Positions 1-10,648 of a stretch of DNA of 64,000 nucleotides are shown one piece after another (the stretch's first letter is position 1; each line of letters opens with the position of its first letter). Source of the DNA: Marsupella aquatica. Its lineage: Eukaryota; Plantae; Marchantiophyta. The notes beneath the pieces were generated by a model. The model was not told where the DNA came from and did no database searches. It saw only the letters and a list, made by a program, of their open reading frames with translations. The stretch covers positions 22,851,844-22,915,843 of the forward strand of contig OZ316893.1 in assembly GCA_973895155.1 (NCBI GenBank), given 5' to 3'. Both the position numbers and the translations under genes were made by a program.

Positions 1-2934
1 CATACATGACTAACCTAACCTCAGCTAAGTCCCTAAATGTGGTTAGCCTAAACATAGTATATAACCTATGAGTCACAAGACTAAGAGCAATCCTTAACAT
101 TCTAGCCTACGGCCCCTATCCTAAAATAAATGGCAACCAGCCTCCATTTTCACAACCCCTCACCCCCATATTTGGTAGAAATGGCAGCCAGGAGAGACCT
201 CTATCTTGACCTCTATTTCCATCTAGACAGAGATTCCACCACAAGTCACAAGATTCTAGACATGCTTGAGATTTTGAACCTGTGTATGACAACACATCAA
301 TTTGGAGGGATAGAGGTTAAATAAATTAAGGGGGGACTAAATTCAATATGAGGGCTTTTGTTATTTCTAGGCCTCCAAACGATGGGCTACATTTTGAGTT
401 TGGGGGTCATTGACCCCTAACCCACTGGAGATGCTCTGTTTTCTCAAAACTACGGCAAAAGCATTATTTTCTTTCCTTAAGAGACTATTTTGTGGCAACA
501 AAAAGATTCCTGAGTTTAGTATCTCTTCTCATCCACGAGGCAGACTTTGCATTGACATCTAGCTTTGAGAAATGGTAGTAAATTATTGTTCTTTTAGGTT
601 GGTTAATTTGTTCCCTTTTGGGGGTTTTAAAAGAGGTTTGGTGCCCTGTTGGAGGATTTTGGTCCAAAGTAATTTGTGCATGACCCTTGTTGTCAATTGA
701 CTAAGTATATCTATATAGTACGAGTCCTGTTTAAAGGGCATTATAGGATACGAGCCCTATGCCAGTGTGTTGCACTGTGCAAGGAGGGCCAGCCCATATT
801 GGAGGGAGCATTTGCAAGTGGGGATTGTCCATAATGAAGGGAGGGAGGGAATTGCTAAGGTCAAGGGGATTTGCAAGGGAGGGAGGGGATGATGAGGCAC
901 AGAGGGGAGGGGTTCCATAATTAAGGCACGGAGGGGGAGGGGACAGGACGGACTGACGGAGGCATGGGGGGAGCATTCGCGAGGGAGGGAGGGAATGATG
1001 AGGCACTGAGGGGAGGGGGAATGATGAGGCATCGTGATCCCCACATTGATGACGACGCAAGGCACGTATTCGCGAGGCAATTATTTTTGAGGTAGGCATA
1101 GAGGGACCAAATGGTATTGTCGGGAGTGGAAGTCCTCGCAAGTGAATCAAACAAACACAATAAATCCACTCAAATATCTAACGGCCAGTTTTTATTGCCA
1201 TCGATATTGGATTTTGTAACGGGATGAAGGACTAAAATGGTGGGATTGTCTATTATAATTGTAGATACTGCCTCCAAAAATGAGAGCTTCAACTCAATTT
1301 TGGAGGGGCTACTATTTCTTTGGAGGGAATGTAGAGGGAATATGGTGCTAGACATTTTGAGGTACTCACATTCTTTTATGCCAAAATTACAGTTGTCACA
1401 ATTGTTTTCAAAAAGCTTCCCACTCTCATCCTTCAACATTAGGATTCATACCTTTCACTTGGGTCATTCATGAAGTGCATTAGGTATTTAAACTAATGAG
1501 TTCAGTCTATTGTGACAAACCTCTCTTTGGTCACTGGCCTAATTTATTACAATCCAGGGTCATAACTAATCAATGGCCAGAGTACTTAACAAAGTTGTGC
1601 ATTGATTTGGAAAGTCAATCTCGTCTTCTGCTGACCCTTTCCAGCTAAAGTCCAAGTCTTACAAGCTTGGACAACCCCAAATCTTGAGTAATTCAATATT
1701 TATTCCATGATCACTTCTCATTGATCTGGTCAAGGCAATGACTTTTCTTCATACAAATCACTTAAGCCGCACTGTAAAATAATCGTTCATGTCGCGGTTG
1801 GCATTCAACAGCCTTCAAGTCTTGGTTCACGTGACACATTTTCATCATAAATGGAGAGATCAGTGAGTAGGATTCTTTCGGTCCAGGTAACTGCACATCA
1901 AAATATGACATATACGGTGTACGATATTCCTCCTTACCATTATAAATCTTGTTATTTTCTTTAAATCAACTAGTGCACACCATATATATCACATTTTGAT
2001 ATGTCATTATGGGTGGGGGGATTCTTTCCAGGGGCATTTGTAAAGCTCTGCATGCACCCCCTGCACAAGATGGTGACCAACCTCCCACTAAGGATAGTCA
2101 AGCTATGCCATCTTGTATACAAGACCCGGTGTATAGTACTGTCAAGTACTGGGCCCATCCTGACCTGACCTTCTAGCCAGGCCCATTGCCCTGGCAAAGG
2201 GTTTGTGCTGGTTGGGGGGCTCGGGAAACTGAACTTGAGAGAGGTTACAGTCGACTGGGTCTAAGTGCACCATTTATAAGTGCAATACCAGATAAATTGC
2301 AGGGGACTTGACACAGTACAGTGGACCCTGTCTAAGTACACCGTTTAGCAGTGAGGCCCATGGCCAAACCCCAATGGTCACAATAGCCTATGCAATATGA
2401 TTTTGAAGATGGGGAGGAGGGGACTTGAGGGACAGTTCAGTGGACCCTGTCTAAGTACACAGTTTAACAGTGAGGCCAGTGGCCAGACCTAAGTGCAACC
2501 ACACAACATGATTTTGATTCTGCTAAGGACAATACAGTTTCACATATGTTCTGGGGCCATTTTTTTAATACAATTTCTGACAATACATTCAGGCCGCTCT
2601 CAGTACACGTGAATTGAAGTTCAGCCAATAAGTGCAATACTCTTAGATAATTGTAAGGGAGGAACTTCTTCCTTATTTTCCAAGGATATTGCACTTTTTT
2701 TTGGCACTTTCACATGACTGCACAAAGAGGCTCACCACTCCACAAATTAGAAAGTGCAATACCTCTATAAGAGTCAATTTTCTGTTCTCCATACGAGCAA
2801 AGTTCTGGAGGTGTGATGATCACATGTCTTGTGTGTCAAAGGCATTCCTGCACCAAGGACCTGACCTTTTTACTTTGGTTTCCTACACTCCGAATACGTT
2901 CATGAAACACATATCTTTCTGTATTCAATTTGTA

Positions 2935-3590
2935 AAGTAGCTGTGTGTCACCATTTGAATCATGATACCAAATTTCGAACTACATACCATCCAATGAATC
3001 ATTTGATTTAGAAAAGTTGGAATGCCTATAAATATAGAGAATTTTTACTCGGAGACATAAGATAGTCACATGACAGACATGTTAATATTGTCGAAGGATC
3101 GCAATTTATGAGTTTCACAAAAGCATTCGCTTCACCTTCCGATCCTGCGAAAAACAATCAACAACTCAATCCTGTATTCGATTTGTAGAGGTACCTGTGT
3201 ATCACCATTTGCATCATAATCACCAACTTCGAACTCCATAACATCCAATGAATCATCTCATTTAGAAAACTTGGAATGCCTACAAATATAGAGAATTTTA
3301 ACTCGGAGAAGTAAGATATTTACATGACAGAGATGTTCAATATTGCTGAAGGATCACAATTGATGAGTTTCACAAAAGCATTCGCTTCATCTTCCGATGC
3401 TGCGAAAAACAATCAATATGTCAATCTTGTATTGAATTTGTTAAGTACCTGTATGTCACCATTTGAATCATAATCACCAAATTTCGAACTACACAACATT
3501 GAATTTAGAAATTTGTAACGCCTACAAACAGAAAGAATTGTCATTCATTTCGGAGAAGAAATTTACATGACAGATGTTAAGATACGACAG
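2935..3590. repeat. ~254-bp tandem repeat (about 2.6 units) downstream of NLR copy 1
   Basis: gtaSctgtRtRtcaccatttgMatcatRat at ~2937, ~3191 and ~3445. Single related units at ~38995-39230, ~14750-14930 and ~61375-61625. Confidence 0.75.
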
Positions 3591-4238
3591 AAAATAGTAG
3601 TCTAGGTTTTCTGTGCGCTTGCAACGGAAAAAGTTTCGTTCCAAAACCCACATCGAGTGGTGCCTAATTGTCCTGAACTGGACCCAGACTAATTGAGGCA
3701 GGCTACAGCTAAACTTTTAGGAATGCAGGATATATAAAGTACAGTTTCGGTGACAACGGAGTTGTTCAGGTTTCCTTACCAAAGCATTAATAGATGAGCA
3801 TAAAATCCAGAGAGAATCTTCAGGACTAAAAGTAACTCTGATACCGGTACCTTCGATCGATCGGAACAGGAGCATGTAAATTATTGTTATTTTAGTTGGT
3901 TTGTCAGAAGGGACATAAGTTTGAAGCGACTAATACAACGGCAGGAAATAAGATACAGTATGAGCACCCATACCATGGTGATGATGCAAAGACCGGCCGG
4001 TGGAGAATTGTTCTGATTCATTTATTCAAGCGTCTTCACTTCCTAATTTCTGCCCGCGGTGACTGAACCCATCTTAGCAGCCGCTTCCCCTGTTTGAATT
4101 AATGTTCACATCTTCTTCCATGGCCAAGACACCGAGACCTTATTTTCGCAATTGAAGAGATTCAGCGGAAGCTAGAGCTCTACTCTCAGTGGGACCTGAT
4201 GGAGGAGAAATCTCAAAACTAGTGACGAGAAAACATTC

Positions 4239-6240
4239 TTAAAGTTCAAACTCCAGAAAAGCTACAGGAAAGTCGACCAAACAGTAGTAATCTTCTCTCG
4301 AATCTGATTTTTTGAGGCCAAGAGCTAAGCATCTTTCGGTATCCGTTTGCGCTCCGTCTATGTCCCCCAGTAAGAACTTCACATAGCCCCGGTGCTTCAA
4401 GCATTCATTGTCATCACCGCTCATTTCCAAGGCTACCGTTAGGTCTTCCAATGCTCCGTGGAGATTGCCTGCCATTCGCTGTAGTATTCCCCTTACTTTC
4501 ATGAAGAAAGCCCTATCATTGTAGTCACACACCCTGGCGTCGAAATCGTCCCAAATTGCAAGGGCTCCCAGAAATTCCTTCTCCTTCACTTTTTCTCTCA
4601 CTTTCGACAACGTGAAAAGATTTTCCTCCAATTGGTCCCATCCCTTCAGGCTGAACTCCAAAAATGCTACGGGCAATTGCACCACAGGATCCATTGCCAT
4701 ACATCTTTCTGCATCCTTTCGCGCTCCACCGTCATCCCCCATCAAATATTTGACATAACCCCGATGCTTGAGCAGCTCATAATCATCGTCGTCTATTTCC
4801 AAGGCTGCAGTCAGGTCTTCCAAAGCTCCATGGAGATCGCCTGCCATTTGCTTCAGTATTCCCCTTTCCTGCAAGAAGAAAACCCTATCATTATCGCCAC
4901 ACACTCTGGTGTTGAATTCGTCCCAAATTGCAAGGGCTCCCAGAAACTCCTTCTCCTTCACTTTCTCCATGACTTTCTCATGTGAGATGCTCCGAAGGTT
5001 TTCCTCACATTCTTCCCTTCCCTTCAGTCTGAACTCCAAAAATGCTACGGGCAATCCTCCCAAACAATCAGGCCCATCCACCACAGGATCCATTGCCATG
5101 CATCTTTCTGCATCCTTTCGCGCTCCACTATCATCCCCCATCAAGTATTTGACATAACCCCGATTCTTGAGCAACTCATAATTGTCGTCGTCGTCTATTT
5201 CAATGGCTGCAGTCAGGTCTTCCACAGCTCCATCGAGATCGCCAGCCATTCGCTTTAGTAACCCCCTTTCTTGTAAGAAACAAAGCCTATGATGATATCC
5301 ACCCACCCTGGCGTCGAAATCGTCCCATATTGCAAGGGCTCCCAAAAATTCCTTCTCCTTTACCTTCTCCATCACTTTCTCATGTGAGAAGCTCCAAAGA
5401 TTTTCCTCACATTGTACACTTCCGTTTAGTCTGAATTCCAAAAATGCTACGGACAATCCTCCTAAACAATTCGGATCCACCAAAGGGTCCATTGCCATGC
5501 ATCTTTTTCCATCCTTTCGCGCTCCACTGTCATCCCCCATCAAGTATTTGACATAACCCCGATGCTTGAGTAGCTCATAATTGTCGCCGACTATTTCCAA
5601 GGCTCCTGTCAGGTCTTCCAAAGCTCCATCGAGATCACCTGCTAACCGCTTCAATATTCCCCTTTCTTTCAAGAAATAAACCCGCACATATGGGGAATAC
5701 ACCCTGGCCTCAAAATCACACCAGCTTGCCAATGCCCCCTGGAAGTCTGAAACCTTCACCTTGCCCATCATTTCAGACTCTGCTGACCTCAATTGGTTCC
5801 AGTGCTCGTTGCGTTCTGTTTCTCCTGCCAGCCTGAAATCCATGTATGTTATTGTTTCTTTCCCGAAACCGGAGGCTTTAAAACGACCGCATGTGCGAAG
5901 AAGTCTTAAGGCATTTGCACCATCATCGTTTGCACTACCGAGATCCCCCAACAAGAAGTTCACGCAGCCTCGGTACCTCCAACACTCATACAGGCTGCGT
6001 TTCTCATGAAATTCTGCGTGATCAGATAATACTTCCGATGCGGCAGTGAGATCTTTCAAGGCTCCCTGGAGATCTCCCGCCTTACATCTCACTATGCCCC
6101 TCTCTTGCAACAAGAATCTCTGGGACCTTGATTCTACCACTTCGAGGTTTGCGGGACACATATCTGCCAGAGCTCCCTCATAGTCATATTCCGACACCTT
6201 CTCCATAGCACTTTTGTAGATGCTCGTGATGAGCCACTCT
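4239..6240 (-). repeat. Intragenic tandem array of ~390-400 bp units, each encoding about three TPR-like helical hairpins (5 units, the first divergent)
   Basis: Recurring EKVKEKEFLGALAIWDDFDARV / FLQERGILKRMAGDLxGALEDLTAALEI / YELLKHRGYVKYLMGDDSGARKDAERCMAMDP / VAFLEFRL. DNA-level near identity between units. Confidence 0.88.
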
Positions 6241-7538
6241 GTGTTTTTTATTTCGGACTCCTCACGAACCAAAGAGAAACCCTTATCCTGTACCTCAAAG
6301 ATCTTGCGTGATAAGGCTAGAGGGGCCGCACCAGCGTGTCCCAACCAAGTAGGCACTTCCTTGACGTATGGGAGGGCAGAGAGCTCCAAAGTGCGCAAAG
6401 ACTGCATACCTTTCATGAAGTCAGGAATGCTCCTTATAGAAAGCCCCGAAAGAACGAGATGAGTAAGCGCGGTTAGTTCGGCAAGAGACTTGGGCAGCTT
6501 CTTGATCGGAATAAGATTGGTCCTTCCAATGATTTCCAAGTTTTGTAACTGGGTGAGTTCACTAAAGGGAATCACTGAGAGGATATTCGGACCACAGTCT
6601 GTCAGCTCTAGGTGCCTCAATTTGGAGAGGTTCCCGAAGGACTTCGGAACGGTTTCAAAGGGATGTTTTGCCAACTTGAGGACTTCTAATGCTTCCATGT
6701 TTCTAAAGGAGTCGGGAAAGTGCGATTCGAGACAGTCACTGATTTCTAGATACTTCAAGGCAGACAGGTTTCCAAAGAAGTCGGGAAAGGTACGCAATCG
6801 GCCACAAGTACTGATTTCTAGGTGCTTCAATGCAGACAGGTTTCCAAACGAGTCGGGTAAGCCTTGCAATTGGTAACAATCTCGTATTTCTAGGTGCTTC
6901 AGGGCAGATAGGGATCCAAATGAATTAGATAGGGATAAGAGTCCCGTACAACCAGTGACCACAAGACGATCGAGTGCGGATAGACCCCCGAAGGTTTCAG
7001 GAAGGGAACGCAGCTCGCTGCACCGATCAAATTCAAGATCCTTTAACTTGGATAGAGCACCGAAATTCTCGGGCAGCATATGAAGAATCCGGCACCTGTT
7101 GAATTTTAGGTAGTTCAACTGGGATAGTTTGTAAAACGTCGCAGGTAAGCTTTCCATGTGGCAATAAATGAATTCCAAATGTTCCAACTGGGACAAATTG
7201 CCAAATTCATCCGGTACACTTTCCAAGTTTGAACCGATAAAGATTCTAAGAGCTGATAATTGTCCAATAGATCTGGGTAGGACTTCCACACAGTCTAGAT
7301 GCAAAACCACGAGACGGTCTTGAAGGGAAAAGTTGAAAGTATCAAGACATCCTTCCCATTTAAGTAGCACAAGCTTACTTGGGACTGAAATCTCTTCCAC
7401 ACCTCCATCCAAGAGAACCTGGGCATCAACTTCGAGGTACTGCAATTTCTTCAGTTTGTGATGGGTATGGCTTGAAATGTGAATTTCTTCGCTTGGGGAA
7501 GTACCCCAATATTTGGACAACCGCAAGGCAAAAATATC
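4239..7538 (-). CDS. NLR copy 1 exon 5: LRR domain (~7460-6340) fused to five TPR-like modules (~6240-4239)
   Basis: Uninterrupted 1095-aa ORF. About 24-aa plant-type LRRs are followed by ~130-aa repeats. Acceptor TGTAG|GAT lies 12 nt upstream of the listed ORF start. Confidence 0.92.
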   Translation of the reverse strand, partial: DIFALRLSKYWGTSPSEEIHISSHTHHKLKKLQYLEVDAQVLLDGGVEEISVPSKLVLLKWEGCLDTFNFSLQDRLVVLHLDCVEVLPRSIGQLSALRIFIGSNLESVPDEFGNLSQLEHLEFIYCHMESLPATFYKLSQLNYLKFNRCRILHMLPENFGALSKLKDLEFDRCSELRSLPETFGGLSALDRLVVTGCTGLLSLSNSFGSLSALKHLEIRDCYQLQGLPDSFGNLSALKHLEISTCGRLRTFPDFFGNLSALKYLEISDCLESHFPDSFRNMEALEVLKLAKHPFETVPKSFGNLSKLRHLELTDCGPNILSVIPFSELTQLQNLEIIGRTNLIPIKKLPKSLAELTALTHLVLSGLSIRSIPDFMKGMQSLRTLELSALPYVKEVPTWLGHAGAAPLALSRKIFEVQDKGFSLVREESEIKNTEWLITSIYKSAMEKVSEYDYEGALADMCPANLEVVESRSQRFLLQERGIVRCKAGDLQGALKDLTAASEVLSDHAEFHEKRSLYECWRYRGCVNFLLGDLGSANDDGANALRLLRTCGRFKASGFGKETITYMDFRLAGETERNEHWNQLRSAESEMMGKVKVSDFQGALASWCDFEARVYSPYVRVYFLKERGILKRLAGDLDGALEDLTGALEIVGDNYELLKHRGYVKYLMGDDSGARKDGKRCMAMDPLVDPNCLGGLSVAFLEFRLNGSVQCEENLWSFSHEKVMEKVKEKEFLGALAIWDDFDARVGGYHHRLCFLQERGLLKRMAGDLDGAVEDLTAAIEIDDDDNYELLKNRGYVKYLMGDDSGARKDAERCMAMDPVVDGPDCLGGLPVAFLEFRLKGREECEENLRSISHEKVMEKVKEKEFLGALAIWDEFNTRVCGDNDRVFFLQERGILKQMAGDLHGALEDLTAALEIDDDDYELLKHRGYVKYLMGDDGGARKDAERCMAMDPVVQLPVAFLEFSLKGWDQLEENLFTLSKVREKVKEKEFLGALAIWDDFDARVCDYNDRAFFMKVRGILQRMAGNLHGALEDLTVALEMSGDDNECLKHRGYVKFLLGDIDGAQTDTERCLALGLKKSDSREDYYCLVDFPVAFLEFEL

Positions 7539-10500
7539 CTACAATGTCATAATCAGCTCCCCAGTTAGTTCAATTCTCATCCAGTCAGCGCTAGTTCAGG
7601 ACGTCCAAAACATACAATTCACAGAAAGACTAGTGCAAACGCAACTAACTACTTGTCATTCCTGCAAACCCTCCTTTACGGCTTTGAGATACAATGCTTC
7701 GCAATGTTAGATGTGCCTCAAACGTTCGAATGGCACCTGTTCACCACAGAATTGTATCTCATCAACGTAGAGCGTACCTGATCTGCTAACTCTTCATTGT
7801 TTTCTAGTAGCTTTAAAGCCATTGTCTCATCCCATACTCTGCACCTGCCACTGTTCCTCTCAGAAGCTATCTTTCGTCCCAGACTGAGAAGTTGGTCATG
7901 TACCTTGATACTGTCATTCTCCTCCACATGATAAACAAGAGACCTGTCTACCAGGGTTTGCCACAGTAACGTCTCAAACTTGGTCCCATAAGCTTGCCTC
8001 CAAGCTGCTTTTGCCATGCGCAGTGACAACTCTTGCTTCCCATTATCCTCCGACTCACTAAAGAAAGTGGTCGCATCTAGGAACATTTCCTTGGCCACCT
8101 CGTTAAGGCCATCGTAGCTGACCCTCAACGTGGCCCACAACCTCTCTTCGAGATCTTCAACAGCCCCGGCCTCCTCCAAGGCTTCCAAAGTTTGCTTCCA
8201 GAATTCGTCATCCTCATTCAATGCTAAATAATTTCCAAGAACTTCAAGTGTGAGTGGCAGCCCACCGCACTTCTTCACTGTGGCCGTGATGGCAGGTGCC
8301 AATTCAAGCGGCACCATGGCCTGATTTGGGAAAGCATGGCTTAAGAAGAGCTCTTCGGCTAGCTTTGAGTCCAAAAATGGGACTGGATAAATTTCCCCCA
8401 AGCATTTACGAAGGTTCATACGACGAGATGTTATAATGAACCGACTTTGTGGAGAGGTACCATCCGCCAGTTCTGATAGAAGTGTGATATCACGGTCATC
8501 GTTGATGTCATCCACAACAAGGAGTAGTGTTTTTCCTATCAATGCAGACCAGTCCTCTGTGTCTTCAACCTTCTTTCCAAGGCGGTGCATATGTTGCCAC
8601 ACTATTTTCTTCACCCCTTGAGCATCATCCCCTTTTATCAACTTGATATTAGGGACAAAGCAACTGTACTCATATGCAGAACCTAGTTCATTAAAAACCG
8701 CCCTTGCAAGAGTGGTTTTCCCTAGCCCACCCATGCCCACCAAGCCCAGCGTTGTAAATTTCTGAAGCCGGCTTTTAACCTCCCGTACGAGAACGTCCAT
8801 ATTGACCAGTTGCTTTGGCAGACGTTCCAAGTTCTCACGAATAGCTGCCCTTTCAGCCAGGGCTTTCTCTTCCTATATATATTTCCAGCAATAGAGCGGG
8901 TTAGCAAAACTACAATCCTAATTCTTCGAACATGAATTTCGAGCATTCCGTGGAGAAGACAGGAAACAGGTTGTCACTGAAAAACGAAGACATGGTGCTG
9001 CGGTTGGATCAAATGCCTAGTCTAGTAACGCCCTACGCTAACGGTTTTAGTTAGGGAACCTTTGAATTGTCGCAAACGCTGCTAACGAGTGTTGTGAGGG
9101 CATTGAACCTTCTTGAGGTTTTCTTCTCTGGTCTGCACACGGAGAAATGGTCTGCGCTACTATCAAGATTGAAATTCACCCCATCTCTGGCAGAGGCTTC
9201 TGGTACTACAACAATACCTCGGAATATGCCCTGCATGACCACAGAAACGATGTCAAATTGATGTGCCGAAAAGGCAAATTGGACATCGCTTTACCACTGG
9301 TGAGTCTTCTACTCAATAACACTTCAATAGTTCAGAGACTCAAGGTACAGGCATTCATGTAAACTAGGAGATGTCTTGTACCCATATATTCATAAAAACA
9401 CAAACTCTACAAGGTAGATGAATATGCTTAGAAAAAATATTGAAGGTTTGTGCTTGGACGAGACTTCCCAGTTTAAGCTCATCCAGAACCACAGTGTCCA
9501 ATGTGCAATTGACCGGTCAAATGACTGGCCAAATTCATGACAAGACTTTCTACTATGTGAACCCACTAAAAGAAAGATAGATTATGAGATCATCTGGAAG
9601 GATAGCAGCTGTACCGTTTTCACGGGGAGCATTTCCCCCAATCCTTCGATTTTCCACTTTGGGTGACACGTGCACAAATTTTGGAAGTAGGAATTCAGCC
9701 GGCTCGTGTCTTTGCTTAGAGTGGTGAAGTAATCAAACAAAGGGCGGCTCAAGGCACTTCTTGCCCTTCCTATATCAGAACTGCCGTGATGAGGGGTACT
9801 ATAATAAAATACCCCTCTCAAGCTATCAAGGAATTTCTTTTTCTTGGCCGTATTCATGCTGGACTCGAACGTGTCGTGTGCATGATGACACAGTTCCTTG
9901 ATGACTAAACCCCCAAAAGAGTGGCCCACCAAGACCACTGGGCAGTGAGGCGTCTGACCAATGTTTGCCTGCATCAGATCACTGATCAAGTTTTCGCTAA
10001 TTATATGCATGTCAAAGTTTTCAGCAGAACCCTTTCTCAGGCCTTCAATATAAGAGACAACCAGGATGTGAGCGTCAGGGAACTCCTCCGCGAGCCAGAC
10101 CTTTGGCCAAATACAGCTTTCGTCCCCACTTATCCAGGTAGATAAGTGTGCTTCGGCGGATTCCCCGAATGGAAGCCCGTGGAAGAATAATACTTGTATG
10201 GCGGGATCACCCTTAGGCTTGTGAAGCTCGTAGAGGGAGTCATTCACCTGAGATATATCACGAAGACAGGGAGGCAAGTATTGATTAGTGGTCATCAGTC
10301 TTCATCTGGTTTCGACAGGACGCTACAATAGAAGAGAAACTCAGACATGTGAATATCAATTCTATGAGAAGCTTTCTCTGAGACCGACGGTTTGAGCAGT
10401 TTTGGATGGAATGTAAAACCAATCAACCCACTGAATGTCACTAAGGAGAGAGGGGGGACCGTATGGATGATCACCTCACGTGCTTGGAGATTCCATTCTT

Positions 10501-10648
10501 GCACCTTGCTGCGGCGTCGATTAGCTACAACGGGTCTGAGGAAGAAAAACCCAAGTAGACAGCACAAGATCACAATAGACAGTTGGGCTACTACTAGAAT
10601 CGGAGCAAATCTCGCCGAAATTACGGAAACCCAATTGATCGCCTCCAT
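4239..10648 (-). CDS. NLR copy 1 (intact): TM anchor - alpha/beta-hydrolase - NB-ARC - LRR - TPR array; exons 10648-10475, 10247-9615, 9230-9060, 8872-7778, 7538-4239; ~1790 aa
   Basis: Five collinear ORF segments join in frame through GT..AG introns (exon lengths 174, 633, 171, 1095, 3300 nt, all multiples of 3). The same splice sites recur in copies 2 and 3. Motifs: GHSFGG and ADHFSVCR (hydrolase), GMGGLGKTT, LLLVVDD, GLPL, VHD (NB-ARC), LPxxFGxLxxLxxLxIxxC (LRR), RGxxKxxxGDLxGALEDLTAALE (TPR). Confidence 0.9.
7778..8872 (-). CDS. NLR copy 1 exon 4: NB-ARC domain
   Basis: P-loop GMGGLGKTT, Walker B LLLVVDDI, RNBS-B SRFIITSR, GLPL motif CGGLPLTL, RNBS-D MFLDATTFF, MHD-equivalent VHDQLLSLGRKI. 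Confidence 0.93.
9060..9230 (-). CDS. NLR copy 1 exon 3: C-terminal part of the hydrolase with the putative catalytic His
   Basis: GIVVVPEASA...ADHFSVCRP resembles the IV..SA...DH..CK end of SERAC1-like hydrolases. The exon is 171 nt in all three copies (21692-21522, 44647-44477). Confidence 0.82.
9615..10247 (-). CDS. NLR copy 1 exon 2: alpha/beta-hydrolase (PGAP1/SERAC1/SesB-like), nucleophile-containing part
   Basis: VLFFHGL oxyanion motif, WPKVWLAEEFPDAHIL, GHSFGG nucleophile elbow, STPHHGS. Acceptor CTCAG|GTG and donor ACG|GTACAG. Confidence 0.88.
10475..10648 (-). CDS. NLR copy 1 exon 1: hydrophobic N-terminal transmembrane/signal anchor followed by a basic cluster
   Basis: MEAINWVSVISARFAPILVVAQLSIVILCCLLGFFFLRPVVANRRRSK...QARE, then donor GAG|GTGATC. 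Conserved in copies 2 (23437-23252) and 3 (45863-45678). Confidence 0.7.

Noticed and set aside
83-437. Possible Tourist MITE (AGAGCA...TGCTCT)
   Set aside because: The TIR match is only about 6 bp and there is no convincing TSD.
731-1169. Pro/Ser-rich ORFs
   Set aside because: They derive from a low-complexity G-rich (ggagggga) repeat tract and show no domain signal.
4239-6240. Regular repeats as a CRISPR array or satellite
   Set aside because: The units are ~400-bp in-frame coding repeats with no short repeat-spacer structure, in a eukaryotic context.
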